NCBI GenBank assembly: GCA_965223265.1
Contig: OZ244999.1
Location: 3,040,001-3,104,000, forward strand
DNA from: Planctomycetota bacterium
GTDB taxonomy: Bacteria > Planctomycetota > UBA8108 > SXIK01
Length of the DNA: 64,000 nucleotides
Reading direction: 5' to 3'
Positions within the stretch are counted from its first letter, which is position 1. Every line of letters begins with the position of its first letter. The translations under genes and the position numbers were made by a program. Of the stretch, positions 49,291 to 57,887 are shown one piece after another. Under the pieces are notes generated by a model. The model was not told the origin of the DNA and did no database searches. It was given only the letters and a program-made list of their open reading frames with translations.

Positions 49291-50255
49291 GTCACCACGT
49301 TCTGTGGTCGGCCTGCGAAGAACGAAACGACGTTGTCGACGCAGCCGCTGTTGAGAAGATCGATGCCTTCAGGGGTCTGATCAGCAGCGTGGGGGGTGAG
49401 CACCACCTGTTCGCAGCGCAGAAGCGGATGGTCTGCCGGCAGCGGTTCGATGTCGAAGACGTCAAGGGCGGCGCCGCCGAGGTAGCCTGAGTCGAGGCTT
49501 GCAATGAGAGCATCGGTGTCAATGACAGCTCCGCGCGCGGTGTTGACAAGCAAGGCGCCGCGGCGCATTTGGCCGAGTTCGCGCGCGCCAATCAGACCGG
49601 AGCTGTCGTCTGTCAACTTGACGTGGAGGCTCACAGCGTCGCTTTCTCGGAGCACGACCGAGAGGTCTGCATACTCAAAGCCAAGACGTGATGCCTTTTC
49701 GGTGGAGGGGTGAAAGGACCATGCTATGACGCGCATGCCAAACCCCTTGGCGAGGGCGATCATTTCGCATCCGATGTTGCCGGTGCCGATGACTCCCAGC
49801 GTCTTGCCACGCAGAGAAGTCGCCAGACGACGTGTCCAGCGGCCAGCCTTCATCTCGATCGTCTGAAAGGCCGTTTGGCGTGCAGCGGCTAAAAGGAGCG
49901 AGAATGCGTGTTCGGCGACGACCGGTGCTGTGCGTCCCGGAATGTTCGAGACAACAATGCCAAGATCGCGCGCTGCGTCGAGGTCGATCGCGTCGGTGCC
50001 GATGCCACAGACCGTGAACATTCGGAGCTGGGGAAGCTGTTCGAGCACCTGCCGTGGCCACTTGACTTGTCCTCGGGAGTTAATGATGGCAGTCGCAGTA
50101 CGACTCCGCTCGAGTTGCTCCTCAACGCTGCCCGGACGAGTGTCGTAGAGTACGACGTCACCGAAGTCACTGAGACGCTCGAGGCGAGGTGAGCCGGCGA
50201 TCTGCGGCGGGTCGTCACCCGGGACGACGATGACGGGGCGATCGGTTGATGTCAT
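49287..50255 (-). CDS. D-isomer-specific 2-hydroxyacid dehydrogenase
   Basis: 'GIGTDAID', 'VAEHA', GTGNIG, 'LVNTARG', 'LDVF..EP', 'TPHAA'. Confidence 0.93.
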   Translation of the reverse strand: MTSTDRPVIVVPGDDPPQIAGSPRLERLSDFGDVVLYDTRPGSVEEQLERSRTATAIINSRGQVKWPRQVLEQLPQLRMFTVCGIGTDAIDLDAARDLGIVVSNIPGRTAPVVAEHAFSLLLAAARQTAFQTIEMKAGRWTRRLATSLRGKTLGVIGTGNIGCEMIALAKGFGMRVIAWSFHPSTEKASRLGFEYADLSVVLRESDAVSLHVKLTDDSSGLIGARELGQMRRGALLVNTARGAVIDTDALIASLDSGYLGGAALDVFDIEPLPADHPLLRCEQVVLTPHAADQTPEGIDLLNSGCVDNVVSFFAGRPQNVVT

Positions 50256-50339
50256 GGGTCTCCTACCAATGAAATGGACTCGCGTCGCCGCAGCCGTCAG
50301 TGGAAGGCGCGATGAACAGCTGGAATGGCGCTGCAGGTT

Positions 50340-50723
50340 TTATCGGGTTGCGGTTCCTGAGACGTGGACCTCTCGAACCCAGAAGATCAGGAAGGATGTC
50401 CACCGCGAGTCGGCGCGTGACGTGATGTCGGTGACACGCTGCGCACCCAGCTCCTGAGCCTTCCGCGTCAGCATAGCAACGCCTCGCTCTGCCGTCGTCG
50501 TGTCTTCGAAGAAGGTATACGAACCTGGCTCGGTGTCGCTGCCGCAGATAAAGGGCCACCCGAAGAAATAAACGCCCCAGCAACTCGCATTCACGTGCGC
50601 GATCGTCGTCGAATCGTCGCTCAGCTGCAGCCCATCCGGTCGATCGATGACGGCGACGTTCGAGCAGCCGCTGAGGGCCAGGACGGCCACGACTCCGAAA
50701 ACAAAAAACAGGTGAGTCTTCAT
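50340..50723 (-). CDS. Small hypothetical lipoprotein
   Basis: Lipobox LSGC follows a hydrophobic signal peptide; 127 aa. Confidence 0.7.
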   Translation of the reverse strand: MKTHLFFVFGVVAVLALSGCSNVAVIDRPDGLQLSDDSTTIAHVNASCWGVYFFGWPFICGSDTEPGSYTFFEDTTTAERGVAMLTRKAQELGAQRVTDITSRADSRWTSFLIFWVREVHVSGTATR

Positions 50724-50899
50724 GAGGTCGTCGATACGTTCCTATCCTGAACGTTGAAGGCCCCGCCTCAGTCTGGGCACGACGTCGGTCGTGGAAGAGC
50801 GGCTCTCGCACGGACGACGGATCTGCGGCCAAGCCCAAAGGTTGTCGCGTTGCGTAGTCTACACTTTTCGCGTCGGCGCCTCCTTGGTATTTTGGGTGT

Positions 50900-51889
50900 A
50901 TGCAAAGTTCATACGAGAAAGCCGCCTACGTCGGGCGACGTGAGTTTTTGAAAGTGGCTGGTGCTACCCTGGCGGCGAGCGCGACGACTGTCAGTGTCAG
51001 CGTCGGCAGAGCTGCGACGAGCGGTGGAGCGGAACGTCAACCGCTCGTCATCGATTGCCACGCCCATCCGTACGGCACCGACGCGGAGCTCTATCCGACC
51101 GTGGAGCGACCCTACCGGCCGCCGCCCGGGACCGGCACACTCGAGCATCTGCGCCGCGAAATGAAGCGAGCGGGTGTAACACACGTGACGCTGATCCAGA
51201 CGAGCACTTTCTACAAGTGGGACAATCGTTTCACGGTTGACTCAGCTCGCGGCAGCGACGGCGAGTTGACGGCAGTCTGCACTCTTGACCCGGATAATCC
51301 ACGCAGCCCCGAGATCTTGCGTCGGTACGTGCGCGAAGGAGGTGTACGTGGCATGCGGAGCATCCCCGGTCGCAGCGGACGACTCGACGATGCCGGCGTC
51401 GACAAGCTCTGGTCAGTTGCTGCAGATCTTGGAATCGTGATCAACGTCCTGGTCAACCGTGACCAGCGTCGGAATATCGAAGCTCTGGCGCGTCGCCATC
51501 CGCGTCTTCGTTTTGTGATCGACCACTGCCTCAATCTGAGCGCCGGCCCCGACATGAGCGAGACTTTGCAGGACGTGCTCGCGCTCGCGGAGTTGCCGAA
51601 CGCCCACGCTAAGCTGACGTTTATCCCCACGGGGAGTGCAGAGGAATATCCGTGCCGCGACCTCCACGACCCCTGTCGACGCATTATCGAAGCCTTTGAG
51701 CCGAATCGTTGCGTGTGGGGAAGCGATTTTCCGTGCGAGCTGTGGTGCCCCAAGCTCACCTACTCCCAGCACCTCCGCATTTTCACGCACTACCTGGGGC
51801 TCGACGCGCGGTCCCAGCGAGAGATCCTTGGCGAGACCGCGCACAAGCTTTGGTTCGCCCCGCTGAACGCCCCAGGAGCGACCGGGTAG
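50900..51889 (+). CDS. Tat-exported amidohydrolase_2 family protein (lactonase-like)
   Basis: 'GRREFLK' Tat motif, 'IDCHAH', 'VIDH', 'WGSDFP'. Confidence 0.88.
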   Translation: MQSSYEKAAYVGRREFLKVAGATLAASATTVSVSVGRAATSGGAERQPLVIDCHAHPYGTDAELYPTVERPYRPPPGTGTLEHLRREMKRAGVTHVTLIQTSTFYKWDNRFTVDSARGSDGELTAVCTLDPDNPRSPEILRRYVREGGVRGMRSIPGRSGRLDDAGVDKLWSVAADLGIVINVLVNRDQRRNIEALARRHPRLRFVIDHCLNLSAGPDMSETLQDVLALAELPNAHAKLTFIPTGSAEEYPCRDLHDPCRRIIEAFEPNRCVWGSDFPCELWCPKLTYSQHLRIFTHYLGLDARSQREILGETAHKLWFAPLNAPGATG

Positions 51890-51955
51890 CGCCCCGTGTG
51901 GTCAGGGAGGTCATTCGCGTCTCCTGCTATCTTCCAGAGTCTCTCGGCGGGCGAG

Positions 51956-53458
51956 CTAACGAGCGAAGCGGTTGAAGTCCGTACGGCCCCGCTTCTTCCA
52001 GCGATCGTACCACGGTTGATTGTGCGGCAGTGGTCTTCCATCGCGCGTCCAGCCGTCTCGTCGTCGCTGCGTCGGCATCGCGTCCGCGGTCTCGACGCGC
52101 CAATTGTCGAGAAGCGTTCGCAAACGAGCGTAGGTATCTCGATACGTCTGGCGATGGGCAACGCTGGCAAGTGAACTTGGATCAAGCTGCAAGTCGTACA
52201 GCTCTTCGAATGGGCGCGGTTCTTGGAAAAGAAACAACTGCGCCGGCGTCAAGCGACCTTGCTCCCTTTCGTCCAGCACCGCTGCCCAGGTGGGCGAATT
52301 GATGGAATCGACGCTGTTCCACAGTGGCCGATCGTAGTAGTAGTTGCGAACCAGCAGGTAGCGCTCAGTGCGGACGGCACGGCTGAATTGCTCAAAATCG
52401 TGCCAGTTAGCCTCCGCAAAGACCGCCTGTCGATGGGTGATGTCGGAATTCTTCAGCGCGGGGAGCAAGCTGCGCCCTTGGGGCGTTGTCGCGTGGACGC
52501 CCGCCAGCTCGAGAATCGTCGGCGCCAGATCGATCGCACTCACGAGACCGTGATACTCGCTACCTGCCTCCAAAAGCGGTGGGTAGCGCAGAATCAGGGG
52601 CGTCCGAATGCCTGAGTCATAAAGGGTTGTCTTTGCTCGCGGAAACGGCATGCCATTGTCCGACAGGTAGACGACGCATGTGGTGTCGAGCACGCCCTGG
52701 CGCTGAAGCTCAGCAGTCACCTCGCCGACGTGTCGGTCGAAGCGTTGGACTTCGCCGTAGTAGGCGGCTAGCTCTCTGCGGATCTCGACTCGGTCGGGCA
52801 GGTAGGGAGGGACGCGAACGTGCTCCGGCATTGGCGGTTCAGGGGTGGCGTCCGCATCGAATGGGCGATGGGGATCAACCGAGGCTACCCAGAGAAAAAA
52901 AGGTCGATCCTGTGGGCGGCTACGAAGCGCTTTGATCGCCCTCGCTGCGGTATCGTGTCCGCCGCATTCCTCGATGAGGTCCCAATTACGGCGCTCTGGA
53001 TCGCCAAGATGCCACTTGCCGGCAGCACTGATGTGATAGCCAGCGGCCCGAAGGTACCACGCCACTGTTCGCGCTCGTTCCGGCAGCGGCGCGTGGAGAT
53101 CCTCGGCTCCCGTGCTGTGCGGGTAACGTCCGGTCAAGATACTGCAGCGGCTCGGGCTGCATGACGATGTGGTCAGAAAGGCGCGAGTGAAGCGACAACC
53201 GGAGGCGGCGAGACGATCTATATTCGGCGTCGCGATCGATCCATTGCCATAGCAGCCCAGGTCGGTGTAGCCGTGGTCGTCGGCGATGAAGACGACGAAG
53301 TTTGGGCGCGTCGCCTCGGCCTGCGTGCGCCGGTCGAGGACCGCCAGGCTGACAAGCAGTGCGACGAACGCCAACAGAGCTCTGCTTCGACAGTCCGAGA
53401 GCGGCCGCGATTTGTGTTCGCGGTGGGTCGCTGGTGCGCTCGCCGCGGCGTGGGTCAT
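51956..53458 (-). CDS. Cys-type sulfatase
   Basis: 'PNFVVFIADD', 'TPNID', CSPSR, 'GKWH', 'SDNG', 'ELYDL..DP'. ATGA overlap with the aldolase stop codon. Confidence 0.93.
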   Translation of the reverse strand: MTHAAASAPATHREHKSRPLSDCRSRALLAFVALLVSLAVLDRRTQAEATRPNFVVFIADDHGYTDLGCYGNGSIATPNIDRLAASGCRFTRAFLTTSSCSPSRCSILTGRYPHSTGAEDLHAPLPERARTVAWYLRAAGYHISAAGKWHLGDPERRNWDLIEECGGHDTAARAIKALRSRPQDRPFFLWVASVDPHRPFDADATPEPPMPEHVRVPPYLPDRVEIRRELAAYYGEVQRFDRHVGEVTAELQRQGVLDTTCVVYLSDNGMPFPRAKTTLYDSGIRTPLILRYPPLLEAGSEYHGLVSAIDLAPTILELAGVHATTPQGRSLLPALKNSDITHRQAVFAEANWHDFEQFSRAVRTERYLLVRNYYYDRPLWNSVDSINSPTWAAVLDEREQGRLTPAQLFLFQEPRPFEELYDLQLDPSSLASVAHRQTYRDTYARLRTLLDNWRVETADAMPTQRRRDGWTRDGRPLPHNQPWYDRWKKRGRTDFNRFAR

Positions 53459-54354
53459 AACACTTCGGCTTGCGCCAGCGCTTCTCGAATCGCCGCTGCC
53501 TGCTGTTCGGAGGTCTTCGGCATTGGCGCGCGCGGCAAGCCACCTTCTCTTCCTTGAAGGTTTAGACAGTATTTTACATTCGCCGGCAGGTTGTCGTCGA
53601 AGATCGCATTCCATATCCTCAGCAGCGACGCGTGGAGCTCCATGGCGTCGTCGTGACGATGCGCGTGCGCAGCATCCCAGAGCTTGACGCACAGGCTCGG
53701 AACGGCGGTCAGGATCGCAGCGATGGCTCCATGGGCGCCGATCATGAACGACGGGTAAAGCAGGGCGTCAACGGCACTCATGATGCGTGCTTTGGTTTGA
53801 CATTCGAGGAGCAAGTCGGCAAGGAGCTTCATGTCTCCAGCACTCTGTTTGACGCCGATGACACCTTCGACGTTGGTGATAATCTGCGCCAGGAGCTGTG
53901 GTGAAAGATAGGTCCACGGCACGACGTTGTAGATCATTACGTCGATGCCGGCACCGGTGGCGACGGCGTCGAAGTGGCGCATCATGGCGTCGTCGTCGGG
54001 GCGAAATAGATAGTGCACCGGCGTCACCTGAAGTGCCGCGACCCCGAGATCCTTGACTGCGCGGCCTTTCTCGATCGCATCCTGTGTACTGTCGCTGATG
54101 ATTCCTGTGATGACTGGCACGCGCCCATTCACCGCATCCGTGACGACCTCGGTGATTTTACGAGTCTCTTCCGTATTCAGGGTGTGGCCCTCTCCGGTGC
54201 TGCCGGTTACCGCCAGGCCATGCACGCCTGCGGATTCGACAAGGAAGCTCGCTTCGGTGCGAAGTGCGTCAAGGTCTATCTCACCGTCCGCCTTGAAAGG
54301 GGTTACCATGGGCGGTACGATGCCAAAAATGTTGTTGTGTTCAGGAGCAGTCAT
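53455..54354 (-). CDS. Dihydrodipicolinate synthase/N-acetylneuraminate lyase family aldolase
   Basis: 'VTPF', GSTGE, 'IYNV' and the catalytic Lys in GVKQS. Start placed at ATG 54354. Confidence 0.9.
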   Translation of the reverse strand: MTAPEHNNIFGIVPPMVTPFKADGEIDLDALRTEASFLVESAGVHGLAVTGSTGEGHTLNTEETRKITEVVTDAVNGRVPVITGIISDSTQDAIEKGRAVKDLGVAALQVTPVHYLFRPDDDAMMRHFDAVATGAGIDVMIYNVVPWTYLSPQLLAQIITNVEGVIGVKQSAGDMKLLADLLLECQTKARIMSAVDALLYPSFMIGAHGAIAAILTAVPSLCVKLWDAAHAHRHDDAMELHASLLRIWNAIFDDNLPANVKYCLNLQGREGGLPRAPMPKTSEQQAAAIREALAQAEVL

Positions 54355-54432
54355 CGAAGTCCCAAGCAGAAAGTTTGTGAAGGGTGTGGATATCGTGTCG
54401 CTCAATCGCGACGCCGTGAATCGCGTGCCGTC

Positions 54433-54494
54433 TCACGGTGTCTTCGATCATTTGTTTTCCATCACGGTGTCTACTCTCACGGTGTCTACTCTCA
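54433..54494. repeat. Short direct repeats of TCACGGTGTCT (three copies; two form a 15-bp tandem)
   Basis: Copies at 54433, 54462 and 54477 in a divergent intergenic region. Confidence 0.8.
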
Positions 54495-54764
54495 CCGTTG
54501 CCGGGTGCGCCGCTGCAGCCCGCAGAGAACTTCACCGGACCCCCATTTAATCGACGCAGCATGGGAAAGGCCAGTCCGAAAGTCGTGACAGATCGAGGCT
54601 CGATGCCGACGCGGCCCCACGGCTTGTCCACCCGCGCTGCGCTTAGGCAGGGTGTTAGGCGATGCCGACTGCGCGGCGACTGGGGCTGGCTCGAGACGAG
54701 TCAAGTCGCGGCGCGGGCGCTGGAATTGGCTTCAGGCCGAAAGAGGTCATGCTCGGGAGGTGAC

Positions 54765-55634
54765 ATGTCGATTCGCGGGTTTGGTGCGCGCTTCGGTTTG
54801 AGTTGGAAGCTCGCGCTGGTCAGTGCGGCCGTGGTTTTTCTCTCGGGGCCGCCGCCGTCGTTCTCGCACGCGGAACGCCCCCAGGCCTTCCTATCTGCCG
54901 CGCCTGACAAGACGAAAAAATCGAAGGAAGCTAAGAAAAAGAAACGTTCGAAGTCGGAGAAGAAGAAAGCAAAAGAGGACCGCCGTCTCGTTCGGGATCG
55001 GCTGAAGGAACATCTCGACGCGTCGTCGTTCAAATTCCTCGACGGAGGTCAAGTCGAGGCTGTTTATCGATTCCAGACGGAGAAAACGGGTGAGGACGCA
55101 TTCAAGCCCGAGATCAGCTCCGGGGTCCAAGCTCCGCTTCGCTGGTCGGTACCACGTGAATATCCACGCGGGTTACGCATCGCGAAGCGCGGCTACATGC
55201 TCCTCGACTGTGTTTTCGAAGACCAGCTGATGGCGGAGATTCGATTTTCCAATAATCGCAACTACACACCAGCGAGTGTCGTCGCGGTGAGTTACTTCAA
55301 TGCTGCCGGCGATGGGATAGGGAGCAACTTCGGTAGCGAGTGTGCGGTGTTCACCAGGAAAGGCCGGATTGCGAAGAAGGCGGGCAAAAAGCGAGGTCTT
55401 AACTATCGCGCGGAAGCCAATTTTCGGCTCGAGGTTGCGGAGGGAACGTTCACGGCCAGCCGGCGCGGGAAGCGAAAGAGCAGCCTCGCTTACGACGCCA
55501 AAAAGTTTTCGTCGGGGAGAGTGGGTATGCGGTGGGGAGGCGACGCCTCGGGTACCGTGCTCGAGTTTCGTGTCCGTGGCAAGGTCGACATCGAAAAGAC
55601 TGCCAAGATCTTGCGCGCGCAGTCGAAGCGATAA
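54765..55634 (+). CDS. Hypothetical secreted basic protein (Lys-rich linker, beta-rich domain)
   Basis: GGAGG precedes ATG 54765. Signal peptide followed by the tract KTKKSKEAKKKKRSKSEKKK. Confidence 0.7.
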   Translation: MSIRGFGARFGLSWKLALVSAAVVFLSGPPPSFSHAERPQAFLSAAPDKTKKSKEAKKKKRSKSEKKKAKEDRRLVRDRLKEHLDASSFKFLDGGQVEAVYRFQTEKTGEDAFKPEISSGVQAPLRWSVPREYPRGLRIAKRGYMLLDCVFEDQLMAEIRFSNNRNYTPASVVAVSYFNAAGDGIGSNFGSECAVFTRKGRIAKKAGKKRGLNYRAEANFRLEVAEGTFTASRRGKRKSSLAYDAKKFSSGRVGMRWGGDASGTVLEFRVRGKVDIEKTAKILRAQSKR

Positions 55635-55682
55635 CGTATTCGACCTCGGCGTGCTCGTAATTTTCAGCTGGCTTCGCTGCGT

Positions 55683-56645
55683 CTAAGAGCCGGTGGGGGA
55701 TGTGGCGCTTGGGAACTCGACCTTGGTGTTTTGAGTTAGCAGGTCCCTGTCGACAAGTGCTCCCCAGGCAGCGATCAGGCGCCCAAATACTGGGCCGATC
55801 TTGCCGTCGCCAATCGGGAGGGCGTTGATCCGGGTGGCCGGCGCGAGGCAAAAGGGAGTGCTCGCAATCATCGCTTCATCGGCGTTGATCACGTCGTACA
55901 ACTGGAAGTCACGCTCAATCCACTGGAGCCCGAGTTGCGGCGCGAGGTCACGCACGGTGGCGAGGCTGACTCCCGGAAGCGTGTTTCGCGGCGAGGGGAT
56001 CCAGAGCTCGTCACCCTTGGCGACGAAGAAGTTGGCGCCACTGCACTCCGTGACGTTGCCATCGAGGTCAAGCAGAAGCGTGACGCACGCTGGATCGACC
56101 AGGCTGCTTTCGCGTTCCGCCAACCACCAGTGCATGCGACTCCGATGTTTGATCTTTGCGTCGACGCAATGAGGCGGAACGTGGCGCGTCGGAGGGACGA
56201 CGGCGTGCGCGCCTTCGCTGTACCAATGCGCCCAGTGCTGAAACGGGAGCGGAAACGTGTGAATGCAAAGTGTCGGCTGCTCGGCAATCGGTGTGTCGAG
56301 CCAGCCGCCGTACGTCGGCACCGGGCCAGGAGACATGAAGTGAATCACTCCCAGGTCCTGGTCGGCGTCGAGAAACGAGCAATTCTGCTCGACGACTTCA
56401 AGAGTTACGCGGCGAAGCTGGTCGCGACGAATCGGCGGTTCGATCCCGGCGTACTTGGCTGACCGCAGGAAGCGTGTCAGATGGTCGTCAAGACGAAAAG
56501 GTCGGTGGTTGATCGTGCGTGTCATGTCCGTGACGGTGGCGCCGAGAACGATCGCGCGGTCAAACACCGGCAGGCGAGCGTTCTCGAGCGGGACGAATTC
56601 GCCGTTGAGGTAGGCGAGGGGTTGGTCGCTTGGGGCAGGTGTCAT
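55683..56645 (-). CDS. Class IV PLP aminotransferase (BCAT/D-AAT/PabC-like)
   Basis: 'YLNGEFVP', 'FRLDDHL.R', 'IKHRS', 'ECSGANFF', 'LPGVS', 'ADE'. Start placed at ATG 56645. Confidence 0.9.
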   Translation of the reverse strand: MTPAPSDQPLAYLNGEFVPLENARLPVFDRAIVLGATVTDMTRTINHRPFRLDDHLTRFLRSAKYAGIEPPIRRDQLRRVTLEVVEQNCSFLDADQDLGVIHFMSPGPVPTYGGWLDTPIAEQPTLCIHTFPLPFQHWAHWYSEGAHAVVPPTRHVPPHCVDAKIKHRSRMHWWLAERESSLVDPACVTLLLDLDGNVTECSGANFFVAKGDELWIPSPRNTLPGVSLATVRDLAPQLGLQWIERDFQLYDVINADEAMIASTPFCLAPATRINALPIGDGKIGPVFGRLIAAWGALVDRDLLTQNTKVEFPSATSPTGS

Positions 56646-56708
56646 GGGGGTCGCCCTCGATTTCTTGCTGACTGGACCGCGGCGCCGCGGCTCACGAGCA
56701 TGTGGAGT

Positions 56709-56755
56709 GCCGGTGCACTTGTACCGGTGCACCTGTACCGGTGCGTACCGGTGCA
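56709..56755. repeat. Short tandem repeat of CCGGTGC (four copies, 14/14/10-bp spacing)
   Basis: gccggtgcacttgtaccggtgcacctgtaccggtgcgtaccggtgca. Confidence 0.8.
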
Positions 56756-56924
56756 ATTGGCGTGCCGACTCGGGGTCTGAGTGTAGTCGATCTCGCTAGT
56801 GTTTGCTCGAAACTACACCGCAGCGGTCAACAGAATGTTCGCACCGTCCGGTTGCGGAAGGTAGACTAGAACGTTCCGGACGATTGGGTTTTCGTCGACC
56901 ACACGCCTCTCTACCACGCACTCC

Positions 56925-57887
56925 ATGATTCACGACCGCTTGAAAGCTTCGTCATTGTTGACGGATGTCATGCCCTCTAGGCAAGAGCGTGATGCTCGTC
57001 GATACTGGCCAGCAGCGCTCGCCTTGGCGTTGGTCGCGACCGCTGCCCAGCCCCTTTGTTCTCACGTTGGAGAACACAAACAAATCGAAAAGCTCACGGA
57101 ACGAATGAAGCGATCGCCTCATGACGCGACGCTCTTTCTTCGCCGCGGTGATCTGTATCGACTTCACGGCGAATGGGTTGTGGCCTTGAAGGATTTCGAA
57201 CGAGCGCAGGAGCTCGATCCGAGTCTTTACTCTGTTGTGCTGGTGCGCGGGAAGCTGTTTCTTGACGCCGGTTGTCCGCAACTGGCGAAGTTCTGCGCTG
57301 ACGGATATATCCGTCTCGAACCACGAAGTCCCCAAGGATTCTTGCTGCGAGCTAAAGCCCTTGCGATGCTCCACGACGCGTCGGGGGCGGCGAGTGATTA
57401 CACGTGCGTGATCGACCGTGTGAGTCGTCGACGGCGACCGCCGCCTGAGATCTTTCTCTCTCGCGCGAACGTGCTTGCAGATGCCAAGCGATATACCGAG
57501 GCGATCGCGGGGATCGACGAAGGCATTGCTCGACTGGGTTCCGTCGTGACTCTCGAGCGCCGAGCATTGGAGCTCGAGATCGAGTCAGGGCGCCTTGATG
57601 ACGCCATGTCGCGAGTGCAAACACTTCTATCGGTGTCGTCGCGCACAGAGACGTGGTTGGCGACCATCGGGGAAATTCACACCCTCGCTGGACGTGACGC
57701 TGAGGCAATTGCTGCGTACCGACAGGCTCTGCGAGCAATCGACTCGCTCTCGGCACGTCGAAAGGGCTTGGCTGCGGTAGCGCTGCTCGAGGAGCGCGTC
57801 CGGCGTGCGTTGGTGCGACTTCAGACGCGAGTCGATGCCGCACGAGAATCGCACGTTATTTCAACTCCGTCCTCGGATAGCAGTTAG
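56925..57887 (+). CDS. Secreted TPR-repeat protein
   Basis: Signal peptide followed by HVGEH, then TPR helices such as 'LFLRRGDLY..ALKDFERAQELDP'. Start may be 56970. Confidence 0.85.
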   Translation: MIHDRLKASSLLTDVMPSRQERDARRYWPAALALALVATAAQPLCSHVGEHKQIEKLTERMKRSPHDATLFLRRGDLYRLHGEWVVALKDFERAQELDPSLYSVVLVRGKLFLDAGCPQLAKFCADGYIRLEPRSPQGFLLRAKALAMLHDASGAASDYTCVIDRVSRRRRPPPEIFLSRANVLADAKRYTEAIAGIDEGIARLGSVVTLERRALELEIESGRLDDAMSRVQTLLSVSSRTETWLATIGEIHTLAGRDAEAIAAYRQALRAIDSLSARRKGLAAVALLEERVRRALVRLQTRVDAARESHVISTPSSDSS

